Assembly (NCBI GenBank): GCA_030654195.1
Contig: JAURXV010000139.1
Location: 5,295 to 69,294, forward strand
Length of the DNA stretch: 64,000 nucleotides
Direction of reading: 5' to 3'
Source of the DNA: Syntrophales bacterium
GTDB lineage: Bacteria; Desulfobacterota; Syntrophia; Syntrophales; UBA5619
In this document: positions 17,654 to 25,857 of the stretch, piece after piece
How the letters are laid out: every line of letters begins with the position of its first letter
Numbering within the stretch: the first letter of the stretch is position 1
The notes under the pieces: model-generated
Seen by the model: only the letters and a program-made list of their open reading frames with translations
Database searches by the model: none
Told to the model about the DNA's origin: nothing
Position numbers and translations under genes: made by a program

Positions 17654-18805
17654 CTAAATCACTTCACCAATAATTTCTGTTATGTCTTTGATCTCGATGG
17701 CTTCACTATTCTCCCGGTTCAACCGGCTGTCCTCAAAATTGGTGATGCAATAGGGGCAGGAAGTAACCAGCACTTCAGCGCCAACCCCGACAGCTTGTTC
17801 CAAGCGGAGGTCGGAGAATCTTTCCCCCTTGGGAGTTTCCATCCAGATCCTGCCTCCCCCTCCTCCGCAACAGAGACTATCTACCCGCGACTCAGGCATC
17901 TCAATCAACGCTAAACCAGGTACCCTCTTCAAGACCTCCCGGGGCTCGTCATATATGCCATTGTGTCTGCCCAGGTAACAAGGGTCATGCCAGGTAACTT
18001 TCTTCCCATACTCATTGTTAAGCTCAAGCCTTCCCTCATGAATAAGCTGGAATAGATATTGGGAGATATGAACCACCTCAAAGTTCACCATAAATTCGGG
18101 ATACTCGTTTTTAAAGGTATGGTAGCAATGAGGGGAAGAAACAAGGATTTTCTTCACCCCATGATCGATAAAAGTTTTGATATTTTCCTTGGCCAGGCGC
18201 TTGAATACGTCCTCATCGCCCGTCTTGCGGATGCTTTCCCCGCAGCAATTCTCCTTGGCGCCCAGTATCCCGAAATCCACCCCAGCCATGTTAAGGATAT
18301 TGGCTGTGGCTCTGGCTACCTTTTTTAATCTTGGGTCATAGCAGAGGTAGCAGCAGGGGAAATATAAAATTTCCATCCCCTCGGTGAATGCTTTTACAGA
18401 AAGACCATCTGCCCAATCTGCCCTCTTTTTCCGCTCTTCATTCAATGGGTTGCCTTCGCCAACGAGGCTTCCGCTGATGGTGCGGATAGGCTTGACAGAA
18501 GCAGGGAAAACCCCATATTCCGTGGCAATCCTGCGTAAGGATACCCCGGATTCTATCTGTTGTACGTCCCTGGGGCACTGCTGAGGACATCTTCCGCAGG
18601 TGGTGCAGCGCCACATCTCTTCACTTTCAATATCGGTCAAACCGAACGTAGCCTCTCGGATTAGCTTGCGCATACTGAAGGCTCTAACCCTATTCCACGG
18701 ACAAACAACATCGCATAATCCGCATTGAAAGCATCGTTTGAAGGCGTCTCCGCCGCTCGCTTTTATGGCATCAATGATCTCTTTGTAGGGGGCTACAGTC
18801 TCCAC
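17654..18805 (-). CDS. bamD: class II benzoyl-CoA reductase subunit BamD (HdrD-like, 2x[4Fe-4S] + two CCG domains)
   Basis: CFQCGLCDVVCP and CTTCGRCPQQCP, followed by CCG-type motifs (..ENCCGES.., ..DSLCCGGGGG..). Confidence 0.9.
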   Translation of the reverse strand: METVAPYKEIIDAIKASGGDAFKRCFQCGLCDVVCPWNRVRAFSMRKLIREATFGLTDIESEEMWRCTTCGRCPQQCPRDVQQIESGVSLRRIATEYGVFPASVKPIRTISGSLVGEGNPLNEERKKRADWADGLSVKAFTEGMEILYFPCCYLCYDPRLKKVARATANILNMAGVDFGILGAKENCCGESIRKTGDEDVFKRLAKENIKTFIDHGVKKILVSSPHCYHTFKNEYPEFMVNFEVVHISQYLFQLIHEGRLELNNEYGKKVTWHDPCYLGRHNGIYDEPREVLKRVPGLALIEMPESRVDSLCCGGGGGRIWMETPKGERFSDLRLEQAVGVGAEVLVTSCPYCITNFEDSRLNRENSEAIEIKDITEIIGEVI

Positions 18806-18838
18806 TATTTTCTTATCCTCGCCTTTTGCCTTACCGTT

Positions 18839-19384
18839 TTAGCCCTTCTTTGACATTGACATTCGGGCAACGGTATCCATGATCTTCTGCAATCCATATT
18901 TATCTACCATTGATTCCAATCCTGTCTCCACGTCCTCCAGCTTCACTTCTTCTTCTACTTCCTCTTCCCTTTCTTCGCAAATCAGGGCATCATTAATGCA
19001 CCACTGAACACACAAGGGCTTTTCTCCCGTCGGAAGGTCTTCACACATATCGCATTTCAGAGGCAGCCCGGAATCGGGTTCTTTGAAAGCATCCCTGGAG
19101 GGGCAGGAAGCCCTGCAGAAACTGCACTCGCCGTATTCCTTCCCGTCAATCACATATTTGTCCCGGCCCATACATTCGGCTTTAGCATACTCACCCGCGT
19201 AAACAGGAAGATATACGTCTCTTATTGGATCACGAATCAGCCGGATACGAGACCTCGCCGGATTATTGCTGCTATATTTCGGGTTAGCGTGAAAGGCAGA
19301 GCAGACTACCTCACATGCCCGACAACCATTGCATTTATCAAGGTCGATCTTGATTGACTTGATTTTCTTCTTAACTTTACTCAT
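18839..19384 (-). CDS. bamC: class II benzoyl-CoA reductase subunit BamC (Fe-S electron-transfer subunit)
   Basis: CNGCRACEVVC, CSFCRASCP and CDMCED...C motifs. The start overlaps the bamB stop by 8 nt. Confidence 0.85.
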   Translation of the reverse strand: MSKVKKKIKSIKIDLDKCNGCRACEVVCSAFHANPKYSSNNPARSRIRLIRDPIRDVYLPVYAGEYAKAECMGRDKYVIDGKEYGECSFCRASCPSRDAFKEPDSGLPLKCDMCEDLPTGEKPLCVQWCINDALICEEREEEVEEEVKLEDVETGLESMVDKYGLQKIMDTVARMSMSKKG

Positions 19385-21338
19385 TTTTCATGATCCCTCT
19401 CTGCTCTAAGTCTTCGGCGACGTAATCCAAATCTAATTCGTGCAGGGTCTCTTTTGTAGGAATACCATCATTATTCCACCCCTTAAATTTGTAGTACGCA
19501 TCCAAGAGTTTTTCTTCAAGCTCGGGAAATCTTTTCCTCCAATGGTCCTCTGGCGGCTTCTCATCAGCTCTCCGCAAGCCTCTTCTTACATTAACGGCCC
19601 TTATTAAAGTCCGGTTCCTCTTGGCTGCTTTCGTTAGTTTGGCTTCATCCATATCAATTCCAACCCCTGATGAGATAAAATGCGGGTAATTGTGTATATG
19701 ATAGGGAGGCTTCAGTGGGAATGACGACAACCCGGCGCATATCCCGAGGGCGTCATCAATGTAGTGCATCCTCTCTTGCCAGTCCACAATGTCAACGGAC
19801 ATGTCAACCGTTGGGTAATAGGGGTTTGAGTGTTCTCCGCGCATTTCCCAGTCCAGGAGATATTGCTTAAACTTTTCATCAGGAACATGGATCCAATCCT
19901 TGACAAAGTCTTCTCTCTCCTCCATCGTAGGAAAAGGCGCCTGGGGGAACTGCCCTTCAATCTGGGTAATGTTTATCTTCTCGCCGGTACAATACATGAG
20001 GAAATAAATGGGATTCAGCATTCCCAGCTTGAGAGGAAGCTGTTCATGCTTCTTAATGTTATTATGAGCATATGCTTCCGCGCCTTTACCGATCTGTTGG
20101 GCCGCCCAATGAGTGCCATTAGCCAAAACATCTCCTATCCCTTCGCGCCGAACGATTCTGTCTAATAACCAGTAAAATTTCCCCTCGTTATCGGACGGGC
20201 ACCCTGCAAAGTCCTGGTCAGTCAAAATACCGGCTTCTTTAAGCTCAAAGCCGAAGGCCATAATTTGCGGGGTTGAGAATCCGTCCACTCCATACTCTGC
20301 AGCACGTTGAGCGATTCTAAAACCAAAATCCAGGTCTGAAAAGGCCGCCATTGCATAGGTAAGCTTCGAGAAGCACTTCATCATGTAGGTTGACATTCCC
20401 GGGAGGGAAATTATTGCCCCGCACTTCATCGGACAGTTATAGCAGCTTATTAACCGCGTCCGCGCATTTAACTGAGTCTCCCGCCACTTCTCTTCCACCT
20501 CCTTGGTCCAAAATTCCTTTCTCCGCGTGCGAGAGTTTCCCCAGGAGAAATTTTCGGTGTGCCACTTCTCATCAATGTGTTTCATCTCTTGCGGCGACCC
20601 AAGCCCCGCTAAAATGGGCATTACCCCCGGAACCGGCTTTTCTTCCCGGGCTTTGATATATTTCAGCACTTCGTTGCAAAGCTTCAAATATTCATCCGGT
20701 CGGGAAAGATAGATGTCCTTTGTTCCCCGAACAGCGATCGCCTTTATCCCTTTGTCTCCCATAACGGCGCCTATTCCGAGCCGGCTGGCACTGGATCTGC
20801 CATGCTCGATGGAAGCCGTATAGACCCTGTTTTCACCGGCCAGGCCGATCGCAGCCACCTGGGCGTTCGGCTCATTCAACTCCTGCCGAATAAGTTCTTG
20901 CGTTTCAACAGCGCCTTTACCCTGCAAATGAGCGGCATCACGTATTTCTACTTTGTCATTGTTTATCCACAAATAAACCAGCTTGGCGGACTTGCCGCGA
21001 ATGATCACTTTATCATAACCGGCATACTTCAATTCCGGCGCCCAAAATCCTCCCATCATTGAATATGCCATTAACAACGTCTGAGGAGAATAGGTGGTAA
21101 CAATGGTACGATTGGCGCCGGGAGCAGGTGTGCCGCATAAAAGGCCGGTGCCGAATATCAGGAGATTATCAGGAGAAAAGGGCTCCGTTTCCGGGGGGAC
21201 CCTATCCCATAATATCTTGGCGTTCGTGCCGAGCCCCCCCAGATGAAGTTCGGTTAATTTTGGGTCCGTTTCTACCCGCTCAATGTTTCCCCGGGATAGA
21301 TCAATTTCCAAATTAAACCCTGTCTCTGCGTACCTCAT
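19377..21338 (-). CDS. bamB: class II benzoyl-CoA reductase active-site subunit BamB (tungsten, AOR family)
   Basis: 653 aa. MRYAETGFNLEIDL..., GGLGTNAKILWDRVPPE, GGFWAPELKYAGYDK, CYNCPMKCG, NNIKKHEQLPLKL and KGWNNDGIPTKETL are near-colinear with my recollection of Geobacter metallireducens BamB. The bamC-I partners follow in the canonical order. Confidence 0.95.
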   Translation of the reverse strand: MRYAETGFNLEIDLSRGNIERVETDPKLTELHLGGLGTNAKILWDRVPPETEPFSPDNLLIFGTGLLCGTPAPGANRTIVTTYSPQTLLMAYSMMGGFWAPELKYAGYDKVIIRGKSAKLVYLWINNDKVEIRDAAHLQGKGAVETQELIRQELNEPNAQVAAIGLAGENRVYTASIEHGRSSASRLGIGAVMGDKGIKAIAVRGTKDIYLSRPDEYLKLCNEVLKYIKAREEKPVPGVMPILAGLGSPQEMKHIDEKWHTENFSWGNSRTRRKEFWTKEVEEKWRETQLNARTRLISCYNCPMKCGAIISLPGMSTYMMKCFSKLTYAMAAFSDLDFGFRIAQRAAEYGVDGFSTPQIMAFGFELKEAGILTDQDFAGCPSDNEGKFYWLLDRIVRREGIGDVLANGTHWAAQQIGKGAEAYAHNNIKKHEQLPLKLGMLNPIYFLMYCTGEKINITQIEGQFPQAPFPTMEEREDFVKDWIHVPDEKFKQYLLDWEMRGEHSNPYYPTVDMSVDIVDWQERMHYIDDALGICAGLSSFPLKPPYHIHNYPHFISSGVGIDMDEAKLTKAAKRNRTLIRAVNVRRGLRRADEKPPEDHWRKRFPELEEKLLDAYYKFKGWNNDGIPTKETLHELDLDYVAEDLEQRGIMKNE

Positions 21339-21460
21339 TTTTTTCCCCTTCTATATTACTTGAATCCGTGTTAATTTTCCCTTCACTTCTTGCCGTTCAG
21401 CCCTTTACAGGCGAGGGAAAGGCGTCATCGGTATAGTTATAAAACAACTATGTTGTAGCT

Positions 21461-21489
21461 ATTAAAACTATTTTTATAAATATTGTCAA
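21461..21489 (-). promoter_or_regulatory. sigma70-like promoter of the bamB-I operon
   Basis: On the minus strand, TTGACA(21489-21484)-17 nt-TTTAAT(21466-21461), about 120 nt upstream of the bamB ATG. It is followed by the palindrome ACAAC-tat-GTTGT (21444-21456) and a 17-bp box (see findings). Confidence 0.45.
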
Positions 21490-21635
21490 GAAAAATTATC
21501 CATGCCGTCCGCTTTATTTTCAGGGCTTTAGGCGGATGGCCGCCATCCTTTCCAGACAGCATTTTTCAGGTGTTGGATAGGTCGCCGTGATTTACGGCAA
21601 ATAAGAGATCGGATGCCCATATTGCTGTACTGAAT

Positions 21636-22394
21636 TTAGCGAGTCCAAAATCCCTGCGGGTCGTAGCGACGGATGATCGTCAGTTCTTCTGCCGTCGGTG
21701 ATGCTGTTTCGCGCACGTCCTCCGCAACGCGCAAATCCCAGCCCGTCTCCGCGCGAACCGACGCGACGGATTGTCCCGGATGATACGATCGCAGCACAGC
21801 CTCACCCATAGCCGCTTCGAAACCGAGAACACACAGCGTTGTGATGATGGCGCTGGGGCCGCCATGCCTCAGACCGACGCGTTCGCGCCACCCCTGTCCG
21901 TCACCGAAGCCCGGCGAAGTAATATAATCCACGCGCTCGACCAGGCGGCGCTTTTCATGAGCCATGATCACAACAAACCGCCTCGACAGGCTGGCAATGT
22001 CCGCCGCGCCCCCGCTCCCGGGCAGTTTCGTCTTCGGTGATTCCGGGTTGCCCAGGTACGATGTATTCAAGTTACCGAAGCGATCCAGTTCCGCGCCGCC
22101 GATAAATCCCAGATCAACTGCGCCCCGCTGGAGCAATCCCATCATGTTGATCATCCGCGTCGCCCAGAGCGCACCGGCAATGTTCGGCGGATCCGCCATC
22201 GTGTAAAGCAGTTCGGGCGCCGGCGTATCACGCACCAGGCCACATTCGAACAGACCGACCGCGTTCGGCGCATGCATCTGTTTGGCGAGCGCAAAGGCAA
22301 TCAACGGCAGGCGCATTCCGGTGAAAACGATTTCACCGTCCCGGATCTCGCGCGCAGCGGCGGCAACCATGATCTCCTGGGGTGTGTAATCCAT
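21636..22394 (-). CDS. gctB: glutaconate-type CoA-transferase subunit B
   Basis: MDYTPQEIMVAAAAREIRDGEIVFTGMRLP...GGAELDRFGNLN is the family I CoA-transferase beta-subunit pattern. The start at ATG 22394 abuts the subunit A stop. Confidence 0.7.
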   Translation of the reverse strand: MDYTPQEIMVAAAAREIRDGEIVFTGMRLPLIAFALAKQMHAPNAVGLFECGLVRDTPAPELLYTMADPPNIAGALWATRMINMMGLLQRGAVDLGFIGGAELDRFGNLNTSYLGNPESPKTKLPGSGGAADIASLSRRFVVIMAHEKRRLVERVDYITSPGFGDGQGWRERVGLRHGGPSAIITTLCVLGFEAAMGEAVLRSYHPGQSVASVRAETGWDLRVAEDVRETASPTAEELTIIRRYDPQGFWTR

Positions 22395-22395
22395 C

Positions 22396-23310
22396 TCAGT
22401 ACCCATAATCCACAGGCGCGGCATAGCGATGCTCTTTCAACTGCAAGCCTTGCCGGCGCTCTTGACCCAGTTTCTGCAAATACCCTGAACGGTCCTTCAC
22501 CTCGGCCACCCATTTGCCCATCCATTCGGCATTTCCTTCCACCGTTCGCGTTGCGCGATGATACTCGTGGTAATATTCATGATCGCGATTGTAATACCCC
22601 TGCACCGGCGATGGATGCGCGCCGCCCGGTTCGTGGACGACCGCGCATACCTTGAAACTGGGCGCAAGCACGCGATTGGGATCGCTGACGATGATTTGAT
22701 GCGGGACAACTTCTTCCGCGACGATGATGATGCGTTGGCTTGCGAGCGCGGCCTCTTCACTGATGCCCAGGCTTCCCCACGCATGCGCATTCCCGTTCTC
22801 ATCCGAACGCTGAACGTGCAGGATGGCCACGTCGGGTTGCAGCGACAGGACCAACAGGATTTTTTCGCCCCCGATAGGCGATATGGATTGCCTGAATGCC
22901 GGATTCGTCCTCGGGATATCTGTTCCAAGCAACGAATAGGTCGGGATGAAGGGCGCCCCGAGCCCGCCCGCGAGCAGCGAAAGCGAAATGGTGAAATTGC
23001 TGTGGTCGATCACCTCAAGCCGATGCGGAATGCCCTGTTCGCACGCCCGGCGATAGTTATGTCCCAGTCCCGCGCTCACGTTGCCAACCCACGCCGCGAT
23101 AACTTTCCGGACGCAACCCGCGCCGATCAGTTGGTCGAAGAGGATGTCGGAAATAGGACCGATCAGGGTCAAATCACACACCCGCCGGCGAATGATTTCG
23201 TGCCCCGCGGCAAACGGGATCAGCGACTCCAGTGCGGCGCCCATGACCACGCTGGAACCGTGCGGCACAAACCGCGCAACGGCGTCGCACATTGTCATTA
23301 TTTTAGACAT
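22396..23310 (-). CDS. gctA: glutaconate-type CoA-transferase subunit A
   Basis: MSKIMTMCDAVARFVPHGSSVVMGAALE...IIRRRVCDLTLIG is the family I CoA-transferase alpha-subunit pattern. It is paired with the B subunit. Confidence 0.7.
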   Translation of the reverse strand: MSKIMTMCDAVARFVPHGSSVVMGAALESLIPFAAGHEIIRRRVCDLTLIGPISDILFDQLIGAGCVRKVIAAWVGNVSAGLGHNYRRACEQGIPHRLEVIDHSNFTISLSLLAGGLGAPFIPTYSLLGTDIPRTNPAFRQSISPIGGEKILLVLSLQPDVAILHVQRSDENGNAHAWGSLGISEEAALASQRIIIVAEEVVPHQIIVSDPNRVLAPSFKVCAVVHEPGGAHPSPVQGYYNRDHEYYHEYHRATRTVEGNAEWMGKWVAEVKDRSGYLQKLGQERRQGLQLKEHRYAAPVDYGY

Positions 23311-23322
23311 CTGCGGCGCCTG

Positions 23323-23778
23323 TTATTCATCTAACTTTTTATATAGATTGATAAAATTGCTTCGATCAAAGCCGAGAGACTTGAAGAAAGAAAGCAGATC
23401 TCCCCAATCCCACCGGGAGGCCGTAAAAATCTCGTTGATTCCCTTCCGTCGGTAGGCGTCAAAAAGCTGATTCGCCAGAGATTGGCCGATCCCTTTTCCC
23501 ATGTACTTGGGCAGCACCCCTACATTCTTTATCCAGCCCCCCTGATCGAGTCCGAAGCTGTTAGTCATCAGCTCGCTGATCAAAAAACCGACTACCCGCT
23601 TATCCGCTACCGCCACCAGGCTGATGTTCCCCTCTTTTTTTATATGTTCCTTCAGGATGGCGATTTTTTCAGCGGTGACTTTCTGGCGGGTGATAATTCC
23701 CTGGATGGCGACCACCTGGGGCAGATCTCTTGCCGTCAATTTCCTGATCTTGAATAATTCCTGATCCTTGTTTTCCAT
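23323..23778 (-). CDS. GNAT-family N-acetyltransferase
   Basis: Acetyl-CoA binding motif VLPKYMGKGIGQSLANQLFDAY (Q/RxxGxG/A type). 151 aa. Confidence 0.75.
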   Translation of the reverse strand: MENKDQELFKIRKLTARDLPQVVAIQGIITRQKVTAEKIAILKEHIKKEGNISLVAVADKRVVGFLISELMTNSFGLDQGGWIKNVGVLPKYMGKGIGQSLANQLFDAYRRKGINEIFTASRWDWGDLLSFFKSLGFDRSNFINLYKKLDE

Positions 23779-23780
23779 GA

Positions 23781-23981
23781 CTAATCGATCCTGATAATTT
23801 TAACCTGCTTGCCCACCCATTCCGGGGGCAGATAGACCCGACCGCTGTTTCCGCTTTGTTTGACCTCTTTTTCGATCATCTCCTCACCAAAGACCTCGAA
23901 TTTGACACTGAAAGGCTTATAACCCTTCCCTTCCGTGGAAGCCGGCTCTCGGGAAATTTTTTCTTTTTTCTGAGAAATCAT
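23781..23981 (-). CDS. small AbrB/SpoVT-like (DUF2080-like) protein
   Basis: KFEVFGEEMIEKEVKQSGNSGRVYLPPEWVGKQVKIIRID matches my memory of the DUF2080 'putative transposon-encoded protein' / looped-hinge-helix fold. Its stop is 2 nt from the GNAT start. The likely start is ATG 23981. Confidence 0.45.
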   Translation of the reverse strand: MISQKKEKISREPASTEGKGYKPFSVKFEVFGEEMIEKEVKQSGNSGRVYLPPEWVGKQVKIIRID

Positions 23982-24192
23982 CGCGTTTCGGTTCCGGGTT
24001 GTAGAATATAAGACTGGCGTCCTATGCATTTGTTTTAACCGATATGAGGATATAAGAGATGCAATCGAGCATGTCAAGGAGATTTTACCGGCAGGAGATA
24101 CTTACCGCAGGGGAAGCTATGATGTACGCCATAACGGAGAAAAGGGGGGTTCTGACAGAATCGTAAGGGTTTTTTCTGCCGGGAGTTTTTTC

Positions 24193-24220
24193 TTGACAAA
24201 AGGTGGCATAGCTGTATTAT
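24193..24220 (+). promoter_or_regulatory. sigma70-like promoter P1 upstream of bamQ
   Basis: TTGACA-16 nt-TATTAT. The -10 region is embedded in the 17-bp box ATAGCTGTATTATAGCT. Confidence 0.45.
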
Positions 24221-24313
24221 AGCTCCGCCGATTGGGTATTCTTGTTAGATATTGTATTACCAGATGGGGAGGAATGTTGCGAGTTGGCATAGGGTCCGCT
24301 TCCTAAAAAGATA

Positions 24314-24343
24314 TTGACAAGCCATTTCTTTTGTAGTTATATT
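24314..24343 (+). promoter_or_regulatory. sigma70-like promoter P2 upstream of bamQ
   Basis: TTGACA-18 nt-TATATT. The -10 region is embedded in the 17-bp box GTAGTTATATTATAGCC. It lies about 290 nt upstream of the bamQ ATG. Confidence 0.45.
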
Positions 24344-24631
24344 ATAGCCAGATAATGATTTACTTCCCGGTGTAATTGGGGGTTCTTTTTGCAAATTAAG
24401 CTTTCATATTCAGTCTATCCGTATGCCACCGTGAAAGCAGGCTTGGGAGCAGCATAACCCAATCCCTCTGAAACGTTTTGCTGAATCACACATAGCGTTG
24501 TATGGAGATAGGCATCTGCAGACTGATCAAGTGGCGCCTCTGTTGAGACCCCGTGTCAACGGGAGCTGGTCAGGTGTGCCGTGTTTAAGTTAAATGCTCA
24601 TCAGTTAATTTAGATTGAGAGGAGGAACAAT

Positions 24632-25741
24632 ATGGCAACTGTACCGGACAAAATCTTGACCTGGCAGATGGTCCAACCAACCACGCGTAACAAGGAGACG
24701 GGGGAAGTCATACCAGGCAAAATCGAAAAAGCGGAGTTACCTGTGCCGGCGTTGAAGGCCGGAGAGGTGTTGGTGGAAGTTGCAGGCTGTGGCGTGTGTC
24801 ATACGGATCTGGGCTACTTTTACGACGGCGTCCCCACCGTATCGAAACCTCCGCTGACACTGGGCCATGAGATATCGGGCACTGTCGTGGCGGGTGACGA
24901 AAAGTGGATCGGTAAAGAGGTTATCATTCCCGCAGTGATGCCCTGCCGCCAATGTCTGCTCTGTAAAACAGGCCGGGGCAACAGGTGTCTGGCTCAGAAG
25001 ATGCCGGGCAACAGCCTTGGCATTTACGGCGGCTTTGCCAGTCATATCCCGGTGCCCAGCGTCGATCTTTGCGAAGTTAAGAATAGGGGCAGCATTCCCC
25101 TCTCCAATCTGGCTGTCGTAGCCGATGCCGCCACCACTCCTTACCAGGCGGCGAAGAAGGCCGATCTGCAACCCGGCGACAACGTGATCGTCATCGGCAT
25201 TACCGGTGGCGTTGGTCAGTACATGGGGCAGGTGGTGAAGGCCCTGGGGGCAAAGACCGTCATCGGGATCGCGCGCAACAAGGAGAAATTGGAGCGGTCG
25301 CTGCAATACGGGGCGGATTTTGTTATCAACTCTACGGACAAGGATGCAAACGCCGTTTCCAAAGAATTTCGTGAACTTTGCAAAGGCAAGGCTCTGCCGA
25401 ACTTCGGCTGGAAGATCTTTGAAGTGACAGGCGCCAAAGGCGGCCAGGAGATTGCGCTGGCGCTCTTAGGCTTCACCGGCAAGCTGATGGTGATCGGTTT
25501 CGGGATGGCCAAGACGGAGTACGCCATCGGCCGGCTGATGGCCTTTGACGCCGAGGTTATGGGCAGCTGGGGATGTTTGCCCGAGTACTATCCCATTGTG
25601 CTGGACATGATCCTGGCGAAGAAAATCGATATGGGACCCTTCGTGGAGACGAGGCCCATGAGTACGATTGCCCAGACCTTTGCGGAAGTCCACAAGGCCG
25701 GTTCGCCTGCCAAGCGGATCGTCCTGACGCCCGATTTTTGA
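24632..25741 (+). CDS. bamQ: 6-hydroxycyclohex-1-ene-1-carbonyl-CoA dehydrogenase (Zn-dependent ADH family; Had/BamQ)
   Basis: Zn-ADH motifs (GCGVCHTDL, GHEISG, CRQCLLCKTGRGNRC) and a GITGGVG Rossmann motif. It lies immediately upstream of bamA in the had-oah-dch order known from Syntrophus/Geobacter. Confidence 0.75.
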   Translation: MATVPDKILTWQMVQPTTRNKETGEVIPGKIEKAELPVPALKAGEVLVEVAGCGVCHTDLGYFYDGVPTVSKPPLTLGHEISGTVVAGDEKWIGKEVIIPAVMPCRQCLLCKTGRGNRCLAQKMPGNSLGIYGGFASHIPVPSVDLCEVKNRGSIPLSNLAVVADAATTPYQAAKKADLQPGDNVIVIGITGGVGQYMGQVVKALGAKTVIGIARNKEKLERSLQYGADFVINSTDKDANAVSKEFRELCKGKALPNFGWKIFEVTGAKGGQEIALALLGFTGKLMVIGFGMAKTEYAIGRLMAFDAEVMGSWGCLPEYYPIVLDMILAKKIDMGPFVETRPMSTIAQTFAEVHKAGSPAKRIVLTPDF

Positions 25742-25747
25742 TCACTG

Positions 25748-25818
25748 TCGCCATTCCGGCGCAGGCCGGAATCCAGCTCTTTTCTCTCGCTGGATTCCGT
25801 GTCTAGTAAGGAATGACG
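25748..25818. repeat. REP-like nested/alternative hairpin element in the bamQ-bamA spacer
   Basis: ATTCCGGC-gcag-GCCGGAAT (25753-25772) overlaps GGAATCCAGC-11 nt-GCTGGATTCC (25768-25798). Outer CATTCC/GGAATG arms close the element. Confidence 0.6.
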
Positions 25819-25857
25819 GTAATTTACGTACAAATAAACCTATTAGGAGGAAAAATT

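Noticed and set aside
24204-24220. Sigma54-type promoter at TGGCAT-agctg-TATT.
   Set aside because: The -12 position lacks the GC dinucleotide. The sequence is better explained as the -10 region of sigma70-like promoter P1.
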